A stretch of 64,000 nucleotides of DNA from a virus. The stretch covers positions 32,001 through 96,000 of the IMG/VR virus record IMGVR_UViG_3300035490_000050; one strand, written 5' to 3'. A program made the position numbers and the translations under genes. The notes under the pieces are model-generated. The model saw only the letters and a program-made list of their open reading frames with translations, was not told the DNA's origin and searched no databases. Position 1 is the stretch's first letter, and each line of letters begins with the position of its first letter. Below are positions 27,852 through 38,045 of this stretch, one piece after another.

Positions 27852-28412
27852 TTGGGAGGCTTTTTCAGCGCACTCTTCGGCGGCCAAAATTCCGTTTTGA
27901 ATTCCGACATCGGTAAAATGGGGCAAATTGGTGGATTTGCCACTGATACAGGAGAGAAGAATATCTCTGCTGGCAGCGATTTTATGCGTGCCTTGACCAG
28001 CGGGGATGCTTCAAAGATAAGCCAAGTTCTTGCGCCAGCTATTTCTGCTGCGAAAACATCGAATCAGCAGACCCAAAAGACAAATGCAGAGATGGGCACT
28101 CGTTCAGGCGGGACGGCTGCGACCAACGCGGCAAGTAGCGATAAACTCCATTCTGACATAACAAACCTCACTGGGAGTCTCACAGGAAACGCTGCGTCGA
28201 ATCTGTTGAGTTCGGGAACTAGCCTGTTAGGGCAAGGAGCGGCGGCAACACAAGGGGAGGCCGATCTATCTCAAATCAGATACCAGAACTGGATGGACAG
28301 CATCCTTGGGAAGGGGATTACAACAGCGGTATCGGCGGCAGAGACTTATGCCTTGGGAGGTATGGGGGGGGCTAAGAAACCAAAGGAAAATGACGACGAT
28401 GATGATTCGTAA
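27852..28412 (+). CDS. DNA ejection protein (gp7-like)
   Basis: TTG start after AGGAGG; MGGFFSALFGG; Gly/Ala/Ser-rich. Confidence 0.6.
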   Translation: MGGFFSALFGGQNSVLNSDIGKMGQIGGFATDTGEKNISAGSDFMRALTSGDASKISQVLAPAISAAKTSNQQTQKTNAEMGTRSGGTAATNAASSDKLHSDITNLTGSLTGNAASNLLSSGTSLLGQGAAATQGEADLSQIRYQNWMDSILGKGITTAVSAAETYALGGMGGAKKPKENDDDDDS

Positions 28413-28454
28413 CATACGGGATGGGACAAGAAAAATCAAAGGAAGGAAAGCATC

Positions 28455-28766
28455 ATGGCAAACGACGCAGCATGGCAAGCAGGAGTGGATATTGCATCAA
28501 AGCACAAGGACGACAAGAAGAACAAAGGTTCATGGGGAAACTTTGGTCAGACTCAGCAACCGAAGGAAAGCGGCTGGAAGAAAGCCATGCACGTCCTGTT
28601 TCCTATTTCCAACTTCGACAAAGGCGGTAAGGTCAAAAAGACGGGCGTATACAAGTTGAAAAAGGGTGAGCGTGTATTGACCGTAGCGCAGCAAAAAGCG
28701 CATGGATTGAAAAAGGGCGGAAAGAAGAAGTCTACGTCTCGCAAGCGTGTTTCGTCGAAGGGATAA
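28455..28766 (+). CDS. Basic small protein ending RKRVSSKG
   Basis: FDKGGKV..TG...L..GERVL motif; AAGGAAGG RBS. Confidence 0.75.
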   Translation: MANDAAWQAGVDIASKHKDDKKNKGSWGNFGQTQQPKESGWKKAMHVLFPISNFDKGGKVKKTGVYKLKKGERVLTVAQQKAHGLKKGGKKKSTSRKRVSSKG

Positions 28767-28771
28767 TTTCA

Positions 28772-30496
28772 ATGGCAAATGCTGAGGCATGGGCAGAAGG
28801 CGCAAGGATAGGATCAGAACTTGCACAGGAGCGCCGCGCCCACAAGCAAGCACTGTATGACCAGCAATTTCAGGATAAGCACGATGAAATTCAGGGCATG
28901 ATCGACAATCTTGGAACGAAACTTGCGGCTTTTTCTGAAGACAAAAGGAATACCCGAGATTACCTCAAGATGCAGGACCAACTAGCACAAGCCATCCAAT
29001 CAAGAGACGCGCACTGGAAGAGTTTAGATCATCCTAACGCGATTCAGAAGTTTGGAAAGATGCTTGGCAAGGACTTGAGGTTTAAGAAGCAAGCAGCACC
29101 TATTCCTGTCGCGCCTCCGGTCTACGGACAGCCTACGATGGACGTAAACGGAGAAAAGGTACAAGGCCCACAGACGCCAGCACAGAGGAGAGCGGCGGCG
29201 GAGGCTAGTCAGCTAGTAGCGGCTGCACCGCTGTCTCCTGAGCAGCAAGCGACTACGACAGCTAATGCTGGAGCGGCAGGTAATTTGGCGTCAATTCAAG
29301 CCGCTTTGAAAAACTTCGATACGCTTAATCCTGATGCGACACAGGAGGAGCGGAATAGTTTCCGTAATACTTTGATACAGAGAGGGCTGCTTGGACAAGA
29401 GAAGCCAACTCTGAAACTATACACTCTGCCAGATGGAACAAAAGCATGGTTGGATGCTACCCGTCCAGACCTGATTCCTCCAGGTTCTACGGCAGCAGTT
29501 ACGGAGACGGAAGGTACTCGTAAACGTGCCGACTATGAAGAGTTCAAAAAGAAGAATCCTACATATAACGGTTCATTTGAAGAGTGGACGGCTTTAGAAG
29601 CAGCTAAAGGAAGAGCACAGGCTCCGAAACCTGAGACTTTCGATACACAGTATAAGGCAATTCTGGTCAAGGAAGCGTCTGGACAACCTTTAACAGCAGA
29701 TGAACAGGCACATAAGGCGGCATGGCAGATTTACAACAAAGAAACAAAAATTGATCCCGGTGTAGCAAGAGCGGCGGCGTTCGGTGCAATGCGTTATATC
29801 CCTATAATCGATCTCAACAATCCCGAAAAAGTTGTAATGATGCGTGCAGGAGATGCGGCTAAGGCAGGAGCAAGCACACCACAGAGTATTGGATTTAAGA
29901 CAGATGCGGCAATCACTCGTTATATGACGAGCGGTCAGGGTGCGACTAATATCAACTACTTCAACACAGCCACAGGCCACTTGGAACTTTTAAGGCAAGC
30001 TGGAGAAGCATTGAATAACGGTGATTATCCTGCATTCAATAGTTTTGCAAATCGTTTTGCAACTGCGACAGGTGATCCCGCACCAACAAACTTTGATACC
30101 GTAAAAAGCGCCGTAGCTGGTGAGCTATCCAAGACGTTTAAGGGCACAGGAGCAACAGATCAAGAAATCGCCGAGATTAGCACTACGCTCAATAATGCGC
30201 AATCTCCGCAACAGATTGTAGGATCAATAACGTATTACACGAAACTAATGGGAGAGAAATTAGATGCCTTGAAGGGTCAGTATGAGGCTGGAAAGACAGG
30301 AAAGCCGAACTTTCCAACGCCTCCACCAGGATTGGGAGACGGAACCACACCGCAAGGAGGAGGGAATACCACCCCTAAATCTAAAGGGAGGCGTAGTATC
30401 AAAGGTGCTATGAAGTTGCCAGAAAACAAAGGGAAGACGGAAGCAGAAGTCACAAAACATCTGACTGATTCTGGCTATACTCCGGTGAAACCATAA
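28772..30496 (+). CDS. DNA ejection / internal virion protein
   Basis: Helical, A/Q/K-rich; synteny. Confidence 0.6.
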   Translation: MANAEAWAEGARIGSELAQERRAHKQALYDQQFQDKHDEIQGMIDNLGTKLAAFSEDKRNTRDYLKMQDQLAQAIQSRDAHWKSLDHPNAIQKFGKMLGKDLRFKKQAAPIPVAPPVYGQPTMDVNGEKVQGPQTPAQRRAAAEASQLVAAAPLSPEQQATTTANAGAAGNLASIQAALKNFDTLNPDATQEERNSFRNTLIQRGLLGQEKPTLKLYTLPDGTKAWLDATRPDLIPPGSTAAVTETEGTRKRADYEEFKKKNPTYNGSFEEWTALEAAKGRAQAPKPETFDTQYKAILVKEASGQPLTADEQAHKAAWQIYNKETKIDPGVARAAAFGAMRYIPIIDLNNPEKVVMMRAGDAAKAGASTPQSIGFKTDAAITRYMTSGQGATNINYFNTATGHLELLRQAGEALNNGDYPAFNSFANRFATATGDPAPTNFDTVKSAVAGELSKTFKGTGATDQEIAEISTTLNNAQSPQQIVGSITYYTKLMGEKLDALKGQYEAGKTGKPNFPTPPPGLGDGTTPQGGGNTTPKSKGRRSIKGAMKLPENKGKTEAEVTKHLTDSGYTPVKP

Positions 30497-32691
30497 TGCC
30501 ACCAAAGAAACAACCCGTCGCGGATATTTACGCGAATCTACCTGAAGCTCCAGAGCAACAGGACATTTACGCGAATATGCCTGATGCGTTTGCTGCGCCA
30601 GCAGACAACACAGAAGGTAAGTTTAGAATGCGCACCCCAGAAGGCACAGAAATTAGTGTCCCTTACAGCAGGGTTATGGATGCCTATAAGTACGGATACA
30701 AGATTCATCCTGACGACAGGAATAAGTTCGGCGATGCCAAAGTTGCCGAATTGAAAAGAAAAGGACTTAAAGGTACATTCAATCCCGATACAGACTTGCC
30801 AGAGGCGTTTGATGTAGTGAAAGCGTCTCCGCCTACAGGGTCGCTGGATTGGATTAAACAAAAAGGTAACGCTATACACGAGGGTATAGTAAATGCTCTT
30901 CCTACTATTGGAGGCATTGCTGGCGGTGTACTCGCTGGAGGGGCAGGACTAGAGACTGGACCGCTTGATGCCTACGTTATAGCTCCAGCGGGAGCGGCGG
31001 CGGGTGGTGGGTTAGGAGAAGATATTCGCCAATCCATAGAGGAGTTTGAACATCCTTACGACCACAGAATGACCGCCAAGGAAGCGGCAGGTCATATTGC
31101 CGGTCAAGCAGCAGTGCAAGCAGGAAACGAAATAACGGGACGTTTCGCAGGCAGGGTACTATCTCCGGCTGCGAAATTTTACGGTGAGACCGCTATAGAA
31201 TCAGACAAAGCTGGATTTAGGATGCTTCCTTCTGAGGCGAGAGGAACTAAGCCTAATGTATTTGAGACATATCCAAAGGGTTCTATTTTTACGTCTGGAA
31301 AAATGTCTGAATGGAGAATTGCACAAAATAAAGAAACTGAGCAAGCGGCAAAAGATTTAGCAGATTCTATATCGACTAAATCGTTAAGTAAAACCTCATC
31401 CAGAGAGGAGGCTGGAAAGGTTATTCGTAGCGGTATTGAAAAACACATGGAGAAGTTCCGAGCTATTCAAACCTCCATGTACAACAGGATCAATAAACTA
31501 GCTAGTGGAGTTAATCCTTCGCGCACTGATATGGTTGCGTTCGCCAAGCAAGAACTGCAAAGATTGAACGCCGCCCAAAAAGCGGGTGGTGCCACTCAAA
31601 TGACTCCATTCCGTCAAAGGCTTCAAAGTATTGTGGATAATAAGATGCCCACTGCCCCATTCAATGCAATGAAGGATTTGAGATCGGCTTTGCTTGCTGA
31701 GGCAAGAGATGATAATGATCTATTATCCGGTCCGGAAAAGGGATTCTTGAAGAAGATGGCTGGAATAATAGACAACTCAATAGAGGATAGTCTCAAAAAA
31801 TCTGGAGTTAAAGGACTGCCGGAATTATGGCGTTCCGCTAATTCCATGACCCGCGAAGAGCATGAGATGTTTGAAAAGAAACTCATTGAAAACCTAGCGG
31901 CCAAGAAAAATCCGGAAGATATAGCTCTTGTGTTAAGAGGGAACTCGCCGAACGCGATTTCTCAAATTGGAATACAAGAGACAAGAGACGCGATGAGCGT
32001 CATACCTAAGCAAATGATCCCTCGTGTTCAAAAACAGATTCTTTTGGACACAATATATGAAGCGACAGGAAAAGAAACAAAAGCGTTCGATGAAAAACTA
32101 TTTGCCAAGAGAATGCTTCAAATAGGAGATGAGAGAGGAGAGGTATTATTCGGTAGAAATTGGCCTAAAATAAGGGATTTTTCGGAATTATTGAACAAGA
32201 TAAGCGAGAGCGGTGGCTTACAAGCTGCATCTCTATCAAATCCAGAAATAGCCAAGCAAACAAGCAGGTTTATTTTGGAAACAGTTTTTGCAGGAACAGG
32301 TGCTCACGTTACAGGCACTTCACTTACAACTGCTGCAATTCCTGTGATGTCAGAGGCTATTTTATGGAAGACTGCTGCTGCTGCTCTCACCCATCCAGCG
32401 GCAGCGGAAAAAATAATCATTGCAATGCAAATCCTTGCCCGGTTAACTCCTTACGCTGGAAGCGGAGCATATTACATTCATAAGGAAGCGCATAGGGACC
32501 ATACTAAGCCATCACATAATATAGAGGATATAAAGAAGCAGGCAGAGGAACTTCAAAAGTCAATGCACTTAGGAGGATTCGCACCTGCACCGAAAGAGAC
32601 ACCACCACCTGCTCCGGGGCCACAGTCGAATACAAAGCCTGTATGGACTCATGTGTTTAATCCCACCACGGGCGCAATTGAGGCTGTCTGA
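30496..32691 (+). CDS. DNA ejection / internal virion protein (gp16-like)
   Basis: Gly/Ala-rich membrane-inserting segment; long helical body. Confidence 0.6.
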   Translation: MPPKKQPVADIYANLPEAPEQQDIYANMPDAFAAPADNTEGKFRMRTPEGTEISVPYSRVMDAYKYGYKIHPDDRNKFGDAKVAELKRKGLKGTFNPDTDLPEAFDVVKASPPTGSLDWIKQKGNAIHEGIVNALPTIGGIAGGVLAGGAGLETGPLDAYVIAPAGAAAGGGLGEDIRQSIEEFEHPYDHRMTAKEAAGHIAGQAAVQAGNEITGRFAGRVLSPAAKFYGETAIESDKAGFRMLPSEARGTKPNVFETYPKGSIFTSGKMSEWRIAQNKETEQAAKDLADSISTKSLSKTSSREEAGKVIRSGIEKHMEKFRAIQTSMYNRINKLASGVNPSRTDMVAFAKQELQRLNAAQKAGGATQMTPFRQRLQSIVDNKMPTAPFNAMKDLRSALLAEARDDNDLLSGPEKGFLKKMAGIIDNSIEDSLKKSGVKGLPELWRSANSMTREEHEMFEKKLIENLAAKKNPEDIALVLRGNSPNAISQIGIQETRDAMSVIPKQMIPRVQKQILLDTIYEATGKETKAFDEKLFAKRMLQIGDERGEVLFGRNWPKIRDFSELLNKISESGGLQAASLSNPEIAKQTSRFILETVFAGTGAHVTGTSLTTAAIPVMSEAILWKTAAAALTHPAAAEKIIIAMQILARLTPYAGSGAYYIHKEAHRDHTKPSHNIEDIKKQAEELQKSMHLGGFAPAPKETPPPAPGPQSNTKPVWTHVFNPTTGAIEAV

Positions 32692-35600
32692 TGGCCGAAC
32701 CCAAGCGGAAACTCGTCAAAGTGGACGATAGCATTATTGCTTTTCCTGACGCGATGCCAGATGAGCACGTCGCAAGAGCTATAAAGTCCTTTCGCGCAAA
32801 GAAAACTCCTCAACCTCTAGCGACAGAGGAATCGGAACAGGACCGTCAACTTAAGCCTGCACAGCCGTTAAGCACTGCAATTCCTAGCCTTCCACAGTGG
32901 GCAAATACTCCTTTGTCTCCTATCCTCGATAAGAAAGTGGATTATGTAGATCGCGCTCTGTGGCCGGGAGGAACTGCGAACTGGGATAAAGGTACAGCGG
33001 CAGCGGAAGCCGATAAACAGAAATTCATGACTAACCATCCTATCGGCGGTGGGATATTTGAGGGCGTTTCTGAGACGGCTGAGGGACTGACGACACCGGC
33101 CAATTTAGCGTTGATGATATTAGCGCCGGAGTCAAAGATCATGAGCGGTCTGTTCGCTATCCAGTCGCTCCACGGCTCGTACAAGGACGTAGAAGAGGCT
33201 AGGAAGGCTTACAGGGAGGGAAGGAACGCCGAGGCAAGCAAGTACGCCACACAAGCCATCCTGAATCTAGGAATAGCTGGTCTAGCAGGGCATCACGCAG
33301 TCAAAGATATTCCTGTTCCTGAGCCGGTAAAGGCGTTCATGAAAGATGAAAGTGGATTTGTCGATCCAATCAAGCAATGGCCTCAATTCAAGCAGTGGTT
33401 CGGGAACTCTAAGGTTGTAGAACAAAACGGAGCACCACGCGCTGTATTTCATAGCACCCCAGAAGAGTTTGATGAGTTCGACCCACGTAAGAGCCACGAT
33501 ATAGGAATCCATTTTGGTACGCCTGAGCAAGCAGACGCGGCGGCAAAACCTATAGGAAAATACAGAGAAGGTACTCGCCTTATTCCAGCCTACATTAAGG
33601 TGGAAAATCCTCTTCGCGTTAAGGATATGTTCTCCACATTGAAAAACAGATTCATAAACCGAGCAAAAATCCTAACGTTGGATACGCCGGGACTGTATTT
33701 CAGCAGTGACGAAAGGGCAGAGATTTACGACGCCGCAAAAAAGGCTGATGCGGCAAGGAGTAAAGCAGGCGGGGATTATAGTATTGAGCTAATCCCATCC
33801 AACGCAAAGTTGCGAGAAGAATACAATACTCAAAGCAAACGGTTTTGGAGTGTAGCTGAGAAAGCGATACGACGTAACGGTTACGATGGTCTTGTCTACA
33901 ACAATAAAGTGGAAGGCAAAGGAGACAGTTACGCTGTATTTGAACCTACGCAAATCAAATCCGCCATCGGCAACAGTGGAGCATTTGATCCTAAGAGCGG
34001 AAGCCTAACAGACCCACGTGCTCCCAAACTTGCCGACGTAAAGGCTAAAGCAGCCGAACTCAAGCCCACCACTGCGTACAAGTCAGCAGACCAGTCTCAG
34101 CCGTTCTACCTAAAGTCTGAGAACCTGATTAACGAGAAGATGAAAGGTCCAATGCCCGCAGAGGACGTTCACAGGATGCTCTTATCGAACGGGGTAAAGC
34201 CAGAGGAGATGAAGTGGACAGGATTGGATGAATTGCTAACGTCAAAGGGCAAGCAAAAGGTAACGCCACAGGAGATTCAGGAGCATCTGGCAGGGAATAA
34301 TCTTCAGATTCAGGAAGTGACAAAGGGTGCTCCTTCCCGCCCTTCTAGTGGCCTAACTTTTGACAGTGTTGCGAATCAAGAGTACGGGAAACCATTCAGC
34401 GAGTTGACAGATAAGGAAAAGGGGATCGTAAAGCGCGTCTTTGATGAACAGTTGGATTCTTTTCAAGCAGGAGAACCAACCAAGTTCGGCTCCTACGCTC
34501 TTCCCGGCGCAGAACCAGGATCATACAGAGAACTACTGGTAACGATGCCACCGAAAACAGCGCCACAACATTTCATCGCGTACAAAGGTGGTCCAACAAT
34601 AGGGCAAGGATACGCTAACCTAACGGAAGCGCAATCTGAGATGGCCGATCTGTTTCCTAATCGAGACGATATTGAAATTCGTCAAGGTAGAGGCGACAGG
34701 TCCACAACAACTAGGACACCTGAGAATTTCCGCTCCTCTCACTGGGACGAACCCAACGTACTAGGACACGTCAGATTCAATGACAGGACTGGTCCTAACG
34801 GGGAGAGGATTTTGCATCTGGAGGAGCTTCAGAGCGATTGGGGACAACATATTAGGAGCGAAGGAGTTAAAAAATCCCCTGTGGAATTAGCCAAACTCCC
34901 GATGAAAGCCGCAAGACACGCTGGATTTTGGGAAATCCATACTGAAGATGGACAATTCGTAACGAACGTACAAGAGTGGGAACATCCAGATGTTAAAACT
35001 GATGAAGATGCCATAAAGGAGGCGCGTAGAAGGATAATTGAAGCTCCGAACAGGACGAAGATTGTGAATAAAGGTCATCCCGACATGCCCTTCAAGAAGA
35101 CGGAGGATTGGGCAGGACTTCTCTTTAAGAGAATGATGCGCTATGCCGCAGAAAAAGGATACGACGGTATTTCATGGACACCGGGAGAGGAACAGGTAAA
35201 AAGGTATCCTAATCTTTCGGAAGTCACAGACAGGTTGATGTATGATCCAAAAACAGAAACGTTGAGGACTTGGAAATACGATAACAATGAAAGCCAATCG
35301 TTCAACGTCCCGCCTGAAAAGCTGTCGGATCATATAGGAAAAGAGGCAACACAAAGGCTATTGAACTCTCCGCTAGAAGAAGGAGAGCATGTTTTGGAAG
35401 GAGAAGGCTTAATAACAGGCGGCAAAGGACAGCGTGTGTTTTATGACACGATGGTTCCGCAAATGGCCAACAAACTAGGAAAGCAGTGGGGCGCGAAGGT
35501 AGGAGAAACGAAAATAAATACTGGACGCCCTACATCTGGCGAGGGTTGGGAACAAACAAAGATGTGGGACCAGTTAAGATCAGATGGGCGTCGTGGACAG

Positions 35601-35927
35601 ATGCCATTATATGCAATCTTTGATAGAGGGGGGAATTGGGTAGGCACAACGGGTGACCCATCTTCGGTAGATGATTCTGGAGGGGAAGAAACAGCCGTAA
35701 AAGTAATAGACGAAAAAGGAAACCTACTCAAAGATGCGAAGTTGCCATCTACACAGAAATCCGTCCCCTACCTTCCCATCACTCCCCAGATGCGGGCAGG
35801 AGTCAAGTCTATTCCTTATTCTCTTTTCTCTATTCCTCTGGCTGCTGGTGCGCTAACATTGCAACAGGTGAAGGCGCAGGGTGATGAATTGCAAAAGAAA
35901 TTCAAGCCGACAGGAGTGACAAAGTGA
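32691..35927 (+). CDS. Large polyvalent protein with ADP-ribosyltransferase-like domain
   Basis: WFGNSKVV..NG.P..VFH...GIHFG...GYDG..Y.N..EG..SYAVFEPTQIKSA; second domain SHWDEPNVLGHVRF..R...LEELQSDW. Confidence 0.75.
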   Translation: MAEPKRKLVKVDDSIIAFPDAMPDEHVARAIKSFRAKKTPQPLATEESEQDRQLKPAQPLSTAIPSLPQWANTPLSPILDKKVDYVDRALWPGGTANWDKGTAAAEADKQKFMTNHPIGGGIFEGVSETAEGLTTPANLALMILAPESKIMSGLFAIQSLHGSYKDVEEARKAYREGRNAEASKYATQAILNLGIAGLAGHHAVKDIPVPEPVKAFMKDESGFVDPIKQWPQFKQWFGNSKVVEQNGAPRAVFHSTPEEFDEFDPRKSHDIGIHFGTPEQADAAAKPIGKYREGTRLIPAYIKVENPLRVKDMFSTLKNRFINRAKILTLDTPGLYFSSDERAEIYDAAKKADAARSKAGGDYSIELIPSNAKLREEYNTQSKRFWSVAEKAIRRNGYDGLVYNNKVEGKGDSYAVFEPTQIKSAIGNSGAFDPKSGSLTDPRAPKLADVKAKAAELKPTTAYKSADQSQPFYLKSENLINEKMKGPMPAEDVHRMLLSNGVKPEEMKWTGLDELLTSKGKQKVTPQEIQEHLAGNNLQIQEVTKGAPSRPSSGLTFDSVANQEYGKPFSELTDKEKGIVKRVFDEQLDSFQAGEPTKFGSYALPGAEPGSYRELLVTMPPKTAPQHFIAYKGGPTIGQGYANLTEAQSEMADLFPNRDDIEIRQGRGDRSTTTRTPENFRSSHWDEPNVLGHVRFNDRTGPNGERILHLEELQSDWGQHIRSEGVKKSPVELAKLPMKAARHAGFWEIHTEDGQFVTNVQEWEHPDVKTDEDAIKEARRRIIEAPNRTKIVNKGHPDMPFKKTEDWAGLLFKRMMRYAAEKGYDGISWTPGEEQVKRYPNLSEVTDRLMYDPKTETLRTWKYDNNESQSFNVPPEKLSDHIGKEATQRLLNSPLEEGEHVLEGEGLITGGKGQRVFYDTMVPQMANKLGKQWGAKVGETKINTGRPTSGEGWEQTKMWDQLRSDGRRGQMPLYAIFDRGGNWVGTTGDPSSVDDSGGEETAVKVIDEKGNLLKDAKLPSTQKSVPYLPITPQMRAGVKSIPYSLFSIPLAAGALTLQQVKAQGDELQKKFKPTGVTK

Positions 35928-36139
35928 TTGAACTAGCTGAAGGTGTTTGGATTGCTCCAGAGCATGTAACGATGGTCAAAGAGGCGGGAGAGGATAAATG
36001 CCTTATCTATTTTGTAGGTCAAAGCACGTTGGAAGGGTTTGCTCTTCCTTACCCGGCAAGTGAAGTCGCAGAGGCGATTGAGGACTCGTTTTGCGATGAC
36101 GGAAATGACGTAGAGGATGAACCGGACGAAGAAGAATAG
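35924..36139 (+). CDS. Acidic hypothetical protein
   Basis: GTGA overlap; 71 aa. Confidence 0.65.
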   Translation: MIELAEGVWIAPEHVTMVKEAGEDKCLIYFVGQSTLEGFALPYPASEVAEAIEDSFCDDGNDVEDEPDEEE

Positions 36140-36398
36140 GAAAATGATTGGATTAAATAATCCTCGAAGTCCATGTATTATTGCCGTTTAGATGGCACGA
36201 ATATACTTGAAACACCATGCCTATGGTGTGTCTGCTACACAGGGTCAAAGGAGGATTATCCTGCACTTATCGACTTACATAAGGTCAAGTGGATGCGTAA
36301 AAATTTGAAAAGACACAACTTAGGTCTTGACAAGAACATAAGAATGTGCCTTTGATAGGGAATGAGTGTTTCTGCTGAATCCGCAATCGCGCAACCGC

Positions 36399-36677
36399 TC
36401 AACCGTGTTCCTTCTTCAGCCGGTCCCGAACCTCAACCTCAGCCAACTGGGACTGTAGTAGAACTGTTTGAGGCTTGTCTCGAATTGGCTGCTCTTCGCG
36501 CAAGGCGTCGGCTAGAGAGTTGTAGACTTCATCCGACTCTTCAAGGAAAATCTTGTGAGCCGTCAGCCAATCCACCTCTGGATGCTCCTGTAAATAGCGG
36601 TACTCCTGAAACGTCATCCACAGATGCCTATGAGCAAACAGGAGTTCGGTAAATAGCAACATTTCAGCTTCTTTCAT
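36399..36677 (-). CDS. Hypothetical protein
   Basis: ATGA overlap with upstream ORF; protein-like composition. Confidence 0.5.
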   Translation of the reverse strand: MKEAEMLLFTELLFAHRHLWMTFQEYRYLQEHPEVDWLTAHKIFLEESDEVYNSLADALREEQPIRDKPQTVLLQSQLAEVEVRDRLKKEHG

Positions 36678-36808
36678 TTCTTCTTGTTCTCCAGTTCATC
36701 AATTCGCTTAATGATTCGGTTTGCCGCGTGGTCGATAGTCATTTTCAGAATCCAGGTCCAGCAAGTACCTGCAATAAGGGCAACATAAACGATTTGGTTG
36801 CTAGTCAT
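36674..36808 (-). CDS. Small membrane protein
   Basis: MTSNQIVYVALIAG...; GAGGA RBS. Confidence 0.55.
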   Translation of the reverse strand: MTSNQIVYVALIAGTCWTWILKMTIDHAANRIIKRIDELENKKK

Positions 36809-36843
36809 ATTCGTTTTCCTCGAAACTACAGGAGTGTGCCAAG

Positions 36844-37032
36844 ATGCAAACGCTGCTAACGCAAGCCGAATTGATCTCCATTTACGACAGGCTGGCATCG
36901 GAAGATTTAGGTATTCCAACGCCCCTGTATTCTCACCGCGAACATCTCTTGTTGGCCCTTAAAAGGTGGATCGAGTCATTCGGGCCAACGACGGAATATG
37001 ACAAATGGTTCAACTCAATTTCGACCAGTTAA
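36844..37032 (+). CDS. Hypothetical protein
   Basis: CAGGAG RBS. Confidence 0.45.
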   Translation: MQTLLTQAELISIYDRLASEDLGIPTPLYSHREHLLLALKRWIESFGPTTEYDKWFNSISTS

Positions 37033-37324
37033 TTGCTCCGAACAGTGTTCCATCGCTCTTGATTTGGACTTGGGCCAGCCAAGCGGTGCAGTTTGTGTTA
37101 CGTGCCGCTCTTGCAACGATGGCTTTCTGTTCCACCAACTCACCCTTCCGCCGTTGTGGTACACTACGGCTAGAAAGGGTCAGGGTAGCGATCAGGGGGG
37201 CAACCCTGGCGGCTATCGGCCCAGCGCAACAGCTAAATTAGGTATATCCCCGCCACTCGCCACGAGCAGCCGGTACTTCTATGCGAATCTTCGCACAGGA
37301 CTGGCCCTACATGCAATCCCCACG

Positions 37325-37636
37325 CTATTCGGAGTCTTCTTCCTCAAAGATCAGCCACTCGACATCGCCGCGCGAGACGACCATTCTGCCAGGTTCAATG
37401 GAAAACTCCGCCGTCGTCACATCAAACTGCCCAAAGGAATGCATAGCTTTCCCCACGACTCCAACCAAAGACTGCTCCCAATCCAGCCCGCAGATTCGGA
37501 CAGAGAGCGCGTCCTCCGGCTGGCCGCGCTCTATGACTGTCACTTTGAGCCAAGTTTTATCCTTGCTCCACGTCGAGAATTTCTCGAATGCTTCAGATGC
37601 AGAAGCCATGTTCTTCTTCACCCTCTTTTTTCGCAT
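37325..37636 (-). CDS. Hypothetical protein
   Basis: Beta-rich 94-103 aa ORF. Confidence 0.6.
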   Translation of the reverse strand: MRKKRVKKNMASASEAFEKFSTWSKDKTWLKVTVIERGQPEDALSVRICGLDWEQSLVGVVGKAMHSFGQFDVTTAEFSIEPGRMVVSRGDVEWLIFEEEDSE

Positions 37637-37945
37637 GTGCGCTAATGCGAAGACTTTGACGCGCGATGCAGACGGGAAGTGCGACCGCGCAAGTCAAGCG
37701 TTCATTGCGGCACTGGAAGGCATCACCGGCCCACCGGATTATAGTATTCTAAAAGCGCATCCTCAATCAAAGGGATAATTGTTCCGATCGGTAAACAAAA
37801 CCGGCGAATTTTGGCCCGTTTGAGCTGGTTTTGAGCCAAAGGACAACGCTTTTCCGCCCAAATCCCCGAATATCCGCGCCTTCATTCGCCTTTGCCTGGC
37901 GCGTATAATCGCTCCGGCGTCTCAACGGAAGGAAGGAGTCTGCGA

Positions 37946-38026
37946 ATGCGCGCCAAGCTGCTTCTCGCGATTGCGTTGTCCGCCGCCGCCATTCTTCCCG
38001 CGAACCCCTCCCCTACGCCAAATTGA
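37946..38026 (+). CDS. 26 aa signal-peptide-like microprotein MRAKLLLAIALSAAAILPANPSPTPN
   Basis: Own promoter TTCATT-17-TATAAT (37881-37909) and GGAAGGAG RBS. Confidence 0.55.
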   Translation: MRAKLLLAIALSAAAILPANPSPTPN

Positions 38027-38045
38027 AGGGCGGGGATAATCCGTT

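Noticed and set aside
36998-37778. 215 aa and 165 aa plus-strand ORFs
   Set aside because: Antisense to the 37325-37636 gene with no recognisable motifs; only the tail may be an IS remnant.
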